This document shows positions 37,846 through 49,891 of a stretch of 64,000 nucleotides of DNA, in pieces. Every line of letters begins with the position of its first letter. Position 1 is the stretch's first letter. Both the position numbers and the translations under genes were made by a program. The notes beneath the pieces are model-generated. The model searched no databases. It saw nothing but the letters and a program-made list of their open reading frames with translations, and was not told the origin of the DNA. Source of the DNA: Camelus dromedarius (taxonomy: Eukaryota); assembly GCF_036321535.1 (NCBI RefSeq), contig NC_087437.1:88228001-88292000 (forward strand), given 5' to 3'.

Positions 37846-38405
37846 GAGATGGCTTCTGTCAGTTTTAGGAAGTTACTTTCTATTTCTAATATGCTTATTT
37901 GGTTTAAGTCCTTTACGGGTACCATGATTCTCCTTTCTACTAATTTGTTGATTATCAAGAAATAAGCAGGCCTTGCTAGATATGAACACATATAGGGTGG
38001 TGAAGGTGCTCATGAAACAACTCTCCAATAAATGTTGCTTTGTAAAACTTTTAAAAATCAAAGATAATACATGTTTATTATAAATTTTTTAATAAAATAG
38101 TTTAAAATGCTTAAAATCACAATTCTCCTATAAATATCTGAAAAATGTCTACACATTTTATCTTTCTAGACATCTCACTGTTCAATAAATTTACATCTAA
38201 ACACACACCCCCCCACACCATACAAACAAGGAATGTTTACTAAACAGTTTTCAAACATTCCACATTCATATATTCTCTTTATGTCACCTTCATAGACTGC
38301 AAGGTATTCTATAGCATGGAGGTAACATAATTTATGTAATAACTTATTATTGGATATTTAAGTTGTTTCTAATTTTTGTTATCATATACAAGGCTGAAAT
38401 GAACA

Positions 38406-38408
<3 letters not shown>

Positions 38409-38455
<47 letters not shown>
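38409..38455. repeat. (AT)n microsatellite
   Basis: About 23 uninterrupted AT units. Confidence 0.95.
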
Positions 38456-38456
<1 letters not shown>

Positions 38457-39289
38457 CATTTTTCTTGTATAATATAAACTTTTCCGATATTTTTATTAGA
38501 ATCATTATATTTTATAATTTACACAGTTCATGTCTTTCTCTTAGCCTGTATTTTAGAATCCTTTCCCTCTTAAGCCACTATTTATAATTTTCTCCTTTTC
38601 TTATTTTTGGTTTCTTTAATAGTCTGAGATGTAACTTGTCTGTGGCCAAATGACTAACTCATTTAGAGTAGATTTTTAAATCTTTCATCCATTTTAAGTT
38701 TATTTGCCTTTCTAAAAATGTCTGTTCCACTTCTTTCAGTAAAGGGATTATTTCCATTTACAGAGAGGACAGAAACAAAACAAGAATTGAAGAGGTTTAC
38801 TATTTTCTTCATCCTTCAGCAATTATACCTTTGGCCCCAAACACTGAGACTATCTCTTTCTTGATCTTCTTTTATTCAAACACAATTTAAAAGAATAGAA
38901 AAGAAAGGAAAAGAAAGGTTTTTGTTTTATGTAGACTTGTAGCAAACTTTATTTTGGTATTAAGATTATAAAATGCCATAGTCACATGTCAGTTCAAGCA
39001 TTTCAAGTATCTCTACTCTCATAGAGAAGAGACTTCTTGAATTTAAAACGTTCCTTAACTGCTTATTATCTACTTATACTTGAGGTGTTTATTGTATTTC
39101 TTTGTTTCTTAGTGTTTGCCTCTATACAGTGGAGACAGCATTTCTTCCCATTGCATGGGTTTAATGTAATTATTACATTACATCAATTACATTGATTATT
39201 ACATAAGAGAGAAATAATTCATACAAACAGCCTAGTATATATATGTGTATATATATATACACAAAATTATATATATATATATATAAAAT

Positions 39290-42200
39290 TCCACATCTTT
39301 TTATCCACTCATTCATCAGTGGACAGTTTGCTTCCATATCTTGGCTATTGTAAATAATGCTGTAATGAACATTGGTGTGTATCTATCTATTCAAATTAGT
39401 GCTTTAGTTTTCTTGCTGTATTGTATGGTCATTCTAATTTTAATTTTTTGAGGAACTTCCATACTATTTTCCACAGTGGTTGAGCCAATTTACATTCCCA
39501 CCAATAGTATAGGAAGTTTGCTTTTTATCCATATCCTTGACAACACTTATTATTTGTTGTCTTTTTGGTAACAGCCATTCTGACAGATGTGCGGTGACCT
39601 CTTATTACGGTTTTGATTTGCATTTCCCTGATGATTAGTGATGCTGTGATGCTGATCGCTACTCAGCTTTTTGACTAAAATCAAGTGTGATGTTAAGCAT
39701 CTTTTCTTGTGCCTGTGGCCATCTGTATGTCTTGAAAAAATGTCTGTTTGGGTCCTCTGCCCATTTTTTAATTGTTTTTTTTTTTTTATTTTGAGTTGTA
39801 TAAGAACTTATATTTTTTGGATATTAAATCCTTACTAGTTACATCATTTGCAAATATATTCTCTATTCAGTAGGTCGCCTTTTCATTTTGTTGATGGTTC
39901 TCCTTGCTGTGCAAAAGCTTTTTCATTTGATGTAGTCCCATTTGTTTCCTTTTGTTTCATTGCCCCTGCCTGAAGAGAAATTAAAAAAATATTGCTAGAT
40001 CCAGTGTCAAAGAGTGTATTGCCTATGTTTTCTTCTAGACATTTTGGGGTTTCAGTTCTTACTTTTAACTCTTTCATCCACTTTGAATTTATTTTTGTGT
40101 ATGGTGTAAGAAAAAATCCAGTTTCATTGTTTTACATGCAGCTGTCCTGTTTTCTCAAAACCATTTATTGAATAAACTGTCTTTCCTACATGGTATATTC
40201 TTGGTTCCTTTGTCATACATTAACTGACCACATTAACATGGGTTTATTCCTGGGCCTTCTATTCAGTTCCATTGATCTGTGTGTCTGTTTTTGTGCCTGA
40301 AACGTAATGTTTTGATTATTATAGCTTTGTAATACAGCTCGAATTGAGGGAGTGTGATACCTCTAGCTTTCTTCTTTCTCAAGAATTTTTTGGCTATTTG
40401 AATTTTTTTGTGGTTCCATACAAGTTTTAGGATTATTTGTTCTAGTTCTGTGGAAAATGCCATGGGTATTTTAATAGAGATTGTATTGAATCTGTAGATT
40501 GCTTTGGGTAGTATGGACATTTTAACAACATTAATTCTTCCAATCCATGAGCATAAAATATATTTTCATTTATTTGCGTCTTTTTTTTTCAATTTCTGTC
40601 CTTTTTCTTACAGTTTTCAGAGTACAAGTCTTTCACCTCCTTGGTTAAATTTGTTTCTAGGTATTTTATTCTTTTGATGCAATTATGAATAGGATTGCTT
40701 TCTTAATCTCTCTTTCTGATAGTTTGTTATTAGTGTAGAGAAATGCTGCTGATTTCTGTATATTAATTTTGTATTTTGCAACTTTACTGCTTGTGATTAA
40801 TAATTCTAATAGATTTTTTTTTGGTGGAGTTTAAGGTTGTCTATATATAGTAACATGTTATCTGCAAATAGTGACAGTTTTACTTTTTTTCCAGTTTGGA
40901 TGACTTTTATCTCTATTTTGTCTGGTTGCTGTGGGTAGGACTTCCAATACTATATTGAATAAAAGTGTCAAGAGCGGGCATCCTTGTCTTGTTCCTGATC
41001 TTAGAGGAAAAGATCACCGTTAGCTTTTCACCACTGACTGTGATACTACCTGTGGGTTTGCCATAAATGGCTTGTGTTGCTTTGAGGTGTGTTTCCTCTA
41101 TACCCACTCTGTTGAGAGTTTTTATCATAAAAGGATGCAGAATTTTGTCAAATGTTTTTTCTGTATCTATTAACAATGATCATATGATTTTTATGCTTTG
41201 TTTCATTAATGTGGTGTATCATGTTAATTGATTTGTAAATACTGAACCTTCCTTGCATCCCTGGAATAAAGCCCACTTGATCATGATGTGTGACCATTTT
41301 AATGTATTATTGAGTTTAGTTTTCTAATATTTTGTTGAAAATTTCTACATCTGTGTTCATCAGAGATATTGGCCTGTAATTTTTTTTGTAGTGTCTTTGT
41401 TAATTTTGATATCAGGGTGCTGTTGGCCTCATTAAATGAGTTTGGAAGAGTTCCCTTCCTTTTTGATATTTTGGAGTAGTTTGAGAAGAATAGGTATTAA
41501 CTCTGAATATTTGGTAGAATTCACCTGTGAGGTCATCTGGTCCTGCACTTTTGTTGGCTGGGAGTTTTTTGGTTACTGACTCAATTTTATTACTGGTAAT
41601 TGGTCAGTTTATATTTTCTATTTATTCCTGATTCAGTCTTTGAAGATTATATGCTTCTAGAAATTTCTCCATTTCTTCCAGGTTGTCCAATTTGTTGGTA
41701 TATAATTGTCCATAGCAGCCTCTTATAATTCTTTGTACTTCTGTGGTACTGAGTGTAACTTCTAATTCATTTCTGATTTTATTTATTTGGGTTCTTTCCT
41801 TCTTTCTTTCTTTTTTCTTGGTGAGTCTGGCTAAAGTTTTATCAGTTTTGTCTATTTTTTCAAAGAACCAGCTCTTAGTTTCATTGATTTTTTTCTATTG
41901 TTGTTTTAGTCTCTATTTAAGTTTATTTTGTTCTGATTTTTTATCATTTTCTTCCTTCTACAAACTTTGGGCTTTGTTTGTCCTTCTTCTTCTAGTTCCT
42001 TTAGATGTTAAGTTAAATTGTTTATTTGAGATTTTTCTTGTTTTCTGAGGTATTGCTATAAACTTTCCTGTTAGAACTGCTTTGGTTGCATTCCATAAAT
42101 TTTGGATAGTTGTGTTTCCATTTTCATTTTTCTCATTGTACTTTTTGATTTCCTCTTTGATTTCTTTGTTGACTCATTGGTTGTTTAAAAGTATGTTTTT

Positions 42201-44980
42201 CAGACTTCACTTGTTTGTATTGTTTCAGTTTTCTTCTTATAATTGATTTCTAGTTGCATACCATTGTGGTCAGTAAAGATGCTTGACATGATTTCAGCCT
42301 TCTTAAATTTATTGGGAATTATTTTGTGGCCTTAACATGTAGTTTATCTGATAGAATATCCATGTGCATTTTAAAAGAATGTGTAATATTGCTCTTTTGG
42401 GGTGGAATGTTACATATATATCTATCCATCTATTAAATCCATCTGGTCTAATATGTTGTTTAAGGCCAGTGTTTCTTTATTGATTTTTTTGTCTGGATGA
42501 TCTATCCACTGATACAAGTGGGGTGTTAAAGTCCTCTACTATTTTTGCATTGCTGTCAATTTTTTCCTGTATGCATGTTAATATTTGTTTTACATATTTA
42601 AGTGCTACTATGTTGACAGCATAGATATTTATAAATGTTATATCTTATTTTGATATTGATCCCTTTATCATTATGTAAACCCCTTCTTTGTCTCTTACTG
42701 CATTCTCTGTTTTAAAGCCTTTTTCACCCGATATAGGTATTGCTACCCTGGCTTTTTTTTCATTTCCATTTAAATGGAGTAGCTTTAAAAAAAAAATCTC
42801 TTCATCTTAAGCCTGTGTGTGTCTTGACATCTGAAGTAAATCACTTGTAGAAAGCATATATATGGGTCTTTTTGTTTGTTTTGTGCATTCAGCCATCCTA
42901 TGACTTTTGATTGGAGCATTTAGTCCATTTAAAGTAATTATTGATAGGTATGTATTTTGCTGTTTTGCTAATAATTTTCTGATTGTTTTTGTAGTTTTCA
43001 TCTTTTTCTTTCTTTTCTTTTCTTATTCTCTTCCATTGTGATTTGATGACTTACTTTAGTGTTATGTTTGTATTCCTTTCTATTTTTTGTGTATCCATCA
43101 TAAATTTTTTGGTTTGTGGTTTCCATGAGGTTCATATATAATATCTTCTGTATATATCAGTCTATTTTAATTTTATAATAGCTCAATTTCAAGCTCATTC
43201 TAAAAAAACTACATTTTTATTCCCCTCTATCTGTGTTTTTGACCTCATATTTTACATCTTTTTATTTTGTGTATTGCTTAGTTAATTATTTTAGGTATGG
43301 ATGATTTTTACTATTTTTGTCTTTTAATCCTCATACTAGATTTTTGCTGTTTGTTCCACTATGTTGATGTATATTTGCTTTTACCAGCGAGATTTAAAAA
43401 AATAATTTTCTTGTTTCTAGTTACAGCCTTTTCTTTCACATTAAAAAAAAAAAACTCTTTAACTTATCTTATAAGGCTGATTTAATGGTGATGAACTCCT
43501 TTAGCTTTTGCTTGTCTGGGGAGGTCTTTATCTCTCCTTCAGTTCTGAGCGATAACTTTGCAGGTACAGTATTCTTGGTTGTAACTTTTTCTTTTAGCAC
43601 TTTAAATATATCATGCCAGTCCCTTCTGGCCTGTAAAGTTTCTGCTGAAAAGTTAGTTGATAGTCTTATGGGGGTCCCCTATCTGTAACTAGTTGTTTAT
43701 GTCTTGCTGCTTTTAAGGTTCTCTCTTATCTTTAAACTCTTTATCTGGTAAATTGCTTATCTGTTTCATTTAGTTCTTTTCCTGAGGTTTTGTCTTGTTC
43801 TTTTATTTGGAAGGTACTCCTTTGTCCTCTCATTTTGCCTAACTCTTTGTGTTTGTTTTTATGTCTAGGTTTATCAATTATATCCGCCAGTCTTGAAAGA
43901 GTGGCCTTACATAAAGTTGTCCTGTTAAGCCCAATGGCACAATGTATCCTGGTTGTCAGAGCTAGATGCTCCAGGATATCTCCTGTGTGGGCTACATACA
44001 TCTTCCAACCGTGGTTGGGCTATGATTGCTGCAGGTGCACTGTTAGGCAGGGTTGGTTCCCAGTCTGGCTGACTGTGAGGTCCAGCCACAACAGTTGCCA
44101 GCATTCTAGTAAGCTCTGCTGCCTCTGGACGAGCTAGTGCATGGCTCGTCCACAAAAGCTCCAGATGCCTTGGTGGGCAGGGCTTCAGAACCACTTTGGA
44201 GGGGCACCAATGCCAGTCAGTGTAGCCCACCAGATGGGGCAGGTGAGAGTTGCTTCAGAGGCGCCAGCTGCAGTGGGTGGGTTGGCAGGGTGGATCCTTG
44301 GGGGATCACTGGGGTAGGGTACACTGTGTTAGCTAAGTTGAGGGGGAGTGACAGAAATGGTACTAGTCAGCATCAGCTAGCTAGGGGGAAGGAGAGAAAA
44401 AAATGGTGCCTGCCAGTACTCTGTCCTCAGAGAAAGTTCCTCCAGATCCCTGCCCCTCTGCACAAGCCCTAAATGAATTCAGTCAATCTCCTTCTAGTAT
44501 GACTCAGGCACTTTTCAAGCTGTTGCCTCTGAGCTGGGCCTTGGTGTGAGTGAAAATGTGCATAAGTCTTTCAAGAGCTGTGTCTCAGTTTACAACTCTC
44601 TGGTTCTCCTGGATGTAAGCCCCGCTGGCTTTCAAGGTCAAAACTTATGGGGGCTTATCTTTCTGGGGCAGGTCTCCAGGGCTGGGAGCTGACATGGAGC
44701 TCACACTCCTCATTCCTCAGGGGGGACGGGACCTCTGCTGTTGTGATATCTCTCCTGCTTATGGATTGCTGCACTGGAGTCATGGGTTCTGACTAGACTA
44801 TGTCTCTGCCTCTCCCATCTGTCTCAAATTGTTCTTTTCTTTATATTATTAGTTGTAGAAAATCTGTTCTGCTAGTCTTCAGGACATTCTCAGGGACAGT
44901 TGTCCTATATGAAGTTGTAGTTTTGGTGCTATGGGAGGAGGAGAGCTCAGGACTTTCCCACCCTGCCACTTTCCACCAGC
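39290..44980 (-). mobile_element. Near full-length degraded LINE-1 (5'UTR, deleted ORF1, ORF2; 3' end missing)
   Basis: GC-richer 5'UTR ~43900-44980. ORF1 N-terminus (MRGQRSTFQIKEQDKTSGKELNE), ORF2 endonuclease start (YLSIITLNGLNAPIK), RT ([19 protein letters not shown]) and [12 protein letters not shown]. Many frameshifts. Confidence 0.95.
39655..39688 (+). pseudogene. U2 snRNA 5' fragment (nt 1-34), tailless retropseudogene
   Basis: atcgctactcagctttttgactaaaatcaagtgt matches U2 ATCGCTTCTCGGCCTTTTGGCTAAGATCAAGTGT at 29/34 by manual alignment. It interrupts the L1 motif ttagtgatgttgagcatc. Confidence 0.88.
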
Positions 44981-46647
44981 TAGCTCGAGGACACCTGTCC
45001 TACCTTCTCTCCCCATCCTTTCTTCCCTGCACACAATGCTGAGAGATGAAGTGGTGATCCTTTGTCATAAAGCTTACTTTGTTCCCTCAATTTCAAAAAC
45101 GAACTCTGTTTGCTATGTGTATGTAACTTTCGGCACTTCCTTTGTTTCTTTCTTTTTTTCCATCACAGTCTCTCAATTTCCTCTCCTAATGTGTGCTCTC
45201 TGTTCTCCCCCTGCTAATCTAGTTCTGCTCCATGCATCTCCAGGTTGCACTTTTCTCTACCAGGTGCAACCATGTATTTTTCTCTTTGTACAGTGAAGGC
45301 CGCTGTGTATAGAGTATAACTTCTTATCTCCTCTTTCAAAATGAATATTTAACTAATATTTGAAGCAGAAAAGTATTTAAAATAAGGAAACTACTATTAT
45401 TTAAAACACTAATCATTTAAGAAATTTTAGAATGGCATCTAAGTTAATATAAAAATATTTGATGTTAAATTTTTAGAAAACATGATTATAAATTCACAAG
45501 CAGAACAGCTATAGTTTTGTTAGGATAAAGGATATCAGACTTGCTTTGATATGTTCAGCAAGATAATTTTCAGATAGTTTTCTGAATAAAACATACAGAG
45601 ATACTTTTCCAAATAGCCCCAAGCCCCTAATTTTCAGTAAATTGAATATTACTAATTAAAGAAAAACACGGCCATGATATTTATAGTGCCACTCTTCATA
45701 CAGTACCATCTAATTAAGAAAACATTTGATACACAATTAGTAAAGCTGGCATGAGAGGACAGTATTTGTGATTAGCTCCTACCATTTCAGATAGTTAGCA
45801 CATATCATTTCAATGGAAATATTAACTTTTTTTCTAGTCTGTGGCAACCACAGAAACAGTTTTGACTGATTTTAAGTAAATGTAAAACTGCAACGCTTTT
45901 CTATTTCAGATAAAAGTTATTTGCAGTTAACTTGAAGGCAAATAGCCGTATCTTTGATATTCACCAGCTGCAGCATAGCTCTGCCAGAATTCACCCCCTA
46001 TTTAATGTCTAAATTATGCATATTAGAATTTAATAGGCATGTATATACATAAACTTCCATACATTAATTTTATATGCATAGTAACTTATGCATAATAAAA
46101 GCTAAGATCATCCATTTAATATGGACAATTTAAAAATTCATAATCATGTTAGCCATTAGGCAAGTTAAGGTAGTCAATGAAAATCTGTCCAACTGGTTTT
46201 TGGATTAACTTAAACTATTTACATACAAATTGCTTGCATATCTCATGATCATAATGATAAACTCAGTCAAAAGATAGTCAAATACTTTCCCAAAGTTTAT
46301 TGCATAGATGAATCATATGCCATCGGATACCTGGGTTTAGTTCAACCTCTGCCATCCAGTTTTATAGCTTCAAATATTAGTTTATTCTTCATTATAATAA
46401 AGAGGTTGGATTCATTGTTCTCTTAAGGTCTTATTCTGGTTTAAATTTTTATGATTTCAATGAATTTGCCATTGCTTGACTGGTTTGTGTTTGTACAGAA
46501 TTATGAAATTTATGGTTCTGTCTGTCCCCTCCTATGTATTTGCCTTGCATTAAAATAACCTCTCACTGGGAGGGCACAGTCCCATCAGCTTAACAATTCT
46601 TTTCATGTGTAGTTAAGAGTAATAGATTATTGGATACTTTTCAGCTT

Positions 46648-46721
46648 TGTGTGTGTGTGTGTGTGTGTGTAAGATGTTAAAAACTGATAAATAGAACTGC
46701 AAAAAAAAAAAAAAAAAAAAA
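46648..46721. repeat. (TG)n microsatellite and nearby A21 run
   Basis: TG repeat at 46648-46670 and poly-A at 46701-46721. Confidence 0.9.
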
Positions 46722-47464
46722 GGTAGCTTTTCATTTGCACTGTCTACAAGGCTGTGGAGGTAGTTTGCTTCCAGAAGGAAAACATTCTTATTACCTATCA
46801 TAGGCTCACATGGAGTCCAGAAAATGGTGTGAAGTTTTCTCTACTCTTCCTATTGAGATTTTCTTTGTTTGGTACTGGGCACTCTAGAAGGCTCTTCTCG
46901 CTCTAACCAATGATCCTCTTCTTTTTTTGCCAAAAGTAGAAGATTGAGGAGAGGGTTGGACAATGGAGAAAAGGATTTTACAGGGAAAAGTCCTTGCTTC
47001 CTCATAATATTTAATACTGTTTAAAAAGGTAGAAGCATCACTCTGATTATCTGAAGAGCTTCTAATGCTCCAGCTTAATTATGCTTTATTATCAAAGATG
47101 ACTTATTCTAATACTGGCTTTATTTTTAGACTTGAGAAGCATAACTAAATCAACCTTTGTTTTTTCCAGGACTTTGAATGATGTTGCATTTCACTCTTGT
47201 ACCTCTAGCTGCTATCCAAACCCTGACAATCATATGATAGCTTGAGTGTTTCTTCTATTTCCTTTCCTTTCTTTTTTCTCCCTCTTGCCTTCCTCCCTGC
47301 CTCCGTCCCTCCCTCTCTTTTTCCCTCTTCCTCCCAACTACTGGGGGCATTTACTCTATTATTCATACCTTATATACTTAATAGCTAAATAACTTAGCAA
47401 CTCCTTTTGGAGAAAGGAAATTGCCTTTAAATTTCATAAGGCTTTGCAGAAGTTAAAAACATAT

Positions 47465-48980
47465 GAGAAGGACCAACTAAGTCCAAAGTTAGCAGAAGGA
47501 AGGAAATAACAAAGGTAAAATTAATTTATGATAAAGAAGCCAAGAGTAAGCAATGGGAAAAAAAGGTAGTCTTTTCAATAAATGGTATTGGAAAAACTGG
47601 ATGCAAAAGAATGCTAACTGGACCCCTATGTCACACCATGTACAAAAATCAACTGAAAATGGATTAAAGACTTGAATATAAGCTGTAAAACTATGAAACT
47701 CCTAGAAGAAAACATAGGGAGTAAATTCCTTGACTTTGGTCTTGACAGTAATTTTTCAGATTTAACACCAAAAGCAAAGGCAACAAAAGCAAAAATCAAC
47801 AAGTGGGACTATATGAAACTAAAAAGCTTCTGTACAGCAAAAAAAAAAATCATCAACAAAATGAAAAGAAACTTACAGAATGGGAGAAGATATTTGCAAA
47901 TTATGTATCTGATAAGGGGTTAATATCCAAAGTATATAAAGAACTAATAAAAATCAATAGCAGAAAACCAAACAATCTGATTAAAAAGTGGGCAGGGGAA
48001 CTGAACAGATATTTTTTTCCAAAGAAGATATACAAATGACTAACAGGTACATGAAAAAGTGCTCAATATCACTAATCATCAGGGAAATGCTAATCAAAAC
48101 CACAAGATATCACCTTACAGCTGTTAGGGTGGTTATATCAAAAAGACAAGAAACAATAAGAGAATGTTGGTGAGAATGTGGAGAAAAGGAAATCTTTTTG
48201 CACTGTTTTTGAGAATGTAAATTGGTGCAGCCACTATGGAAAACAGTATGGATTTTCCTCAAAAAATTAAAAATAGAACTACCATATGATTCATTCCCAT
48301 GCCTGGGTATATATCTAAAGGAAATGAAAATAGGATCTCAGAGAGATATTTGCACTTCTGTGTTCACTGTAGCATTATTCACAATAGTCAAGATAGATGT
48401 TCATCAACAGATGAATGGGTAAAGAAGATGTGGCATATATACACAATTGAATTTTATTCACTCATTAAAAAAAAGAAGAAATTCTGCCATTTGTGACAAC
48501 ATGAATGAACCTTCAGAGCTTTATGGTAAATGAAATAAGTCAGACAGACAAACACTGTGATATCACTTGTATGTGGGATTGAAAAAAGCTGAACTCATAG
48601 AAACAGAGAGTAGAATGGTGGTTACCAGGCGCTGGGCTGGAGGAAATGAGATGCTGGTCAAAGAGCACAAATTCCAGTTACAGGATGAATAAGTTCTGGG
48701 GATCTAATACACAGTCCAGTTACTGTAGTTAACAATGCTTAGTATATATACACTTGAATGTTGCTAAGAAAGTAGATCTTTAAATATTCTCACCACACAC
48801 ACAAAAGAATGGTAGTTATGTGATATGATAGAGGTGTTAGCTAATGCGATGGTCATAATCATTCTGCCATATATAAATGCAGCAGATCAACATGTTGCAC
48901 ATCTTAAACTTACACAGTGTTTTATGTTAACTCAATATGATAACTCAATAAAGCTGGAAAAATTAATTTTAAAAAAGAAA
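47465..48980 (+). mobile_element. 5'-truncated LINE-1 with degenerate TSD
   Basis: ORF2 C-terminal remnants (KLLEENIG...[15 protein letters not shown]), then a 3'UTR ending ctcaataaagctggaaa plus A-tail. Flanks agaagttaaaaacat (47448) and agaatttaaaaacat (48981). Confidence 0.92.
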
Positions 48981-49344
48981 AGAATTTAAAAACATGAGAG
49001 GATCACAACTGCATGATATACCATAAAACATCTATTATTCAATATAATTTTAGTACTGAATGATGTTATGGCATTCAAGTTTTTGAAAATCAGTAATTTA
49101 CATGTGTATTCACTCATGGATTTACTTATTTATACATCCTTCCACAAATGTTTATTTGATATCTGGTATATGACAGTTATTATATCTGTTATAACAAAGT
49201 AATGAAAAAATCACAGTCCCTGCTCTTGAGGAGCTGATAGTAGAGCCATTAATACCTACACTCCTTTTTTCTTAACTAGAAAAAGTAAGGAAAAGTGAAA
49301 TTGTATACTGTAGACATTCTAGATAATAGAGACTTTATGGATGT

Positions 49345-49891
49345 ACACTGGCAGACATTGTTAGTTGTCTACCAAGAATCCATCTCCTCCTTTTTTTCCT
49401 GTTATTGGTCTCTTATTTTGTTAGGAACAATGAGCAATGCATAATGTTTCTTTTAATCCAATCTCTAGAATCCTGTTTGTTCTCTGCTTTCCTGATCTCT
49501 CTTGCATCTAAGAGGGGCCAGTGAGATCGAAATGATAGTATGGGGAAGGATTTCTGTGAAGGCTTTTTCTTTCCTGAAATACGGAACTATGGTGGCCAGC
49601 ATCATTTGTTCCTATTTTTTTCTGCCTTGAAAACAGACAGATATCTGGACCTGCAGCAGACTTCCTGTGATTTATCTGGTTTTCATCAGAAACAAACTAA
49701 CACGCTAAAGATGACACAGTAGGGGGATAGAAAGAGCTACTCCTTGACATGTTATCGAGCGGTTGAACTGACATTAGCCACCTCCTATCTTCAAACTTCT
49801 CATTATGTGAGAAAAACAAACCCCTATTAGTGTAAGTCATTATAAATTGGGTTATCTGTCACTTACAGTGGAACAAATTCCTAATAGACAC
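49345..49891 (+). mobile_element. MaLR solo LTR, MLT1J-like
   Basis: tggcagacattgttagttgtctacc ... aaacttctcattatgtgagaaaaacaaacccctatt ... tctgtcacttacagtggaacaaattcctaa. Confidence 0.75.

Noticed and set aside
43790..44472. ORFs of 101-115 aa
   Set aside because: They lie within the decayed L1 5'UTR/ORF1 region and are chance frames.
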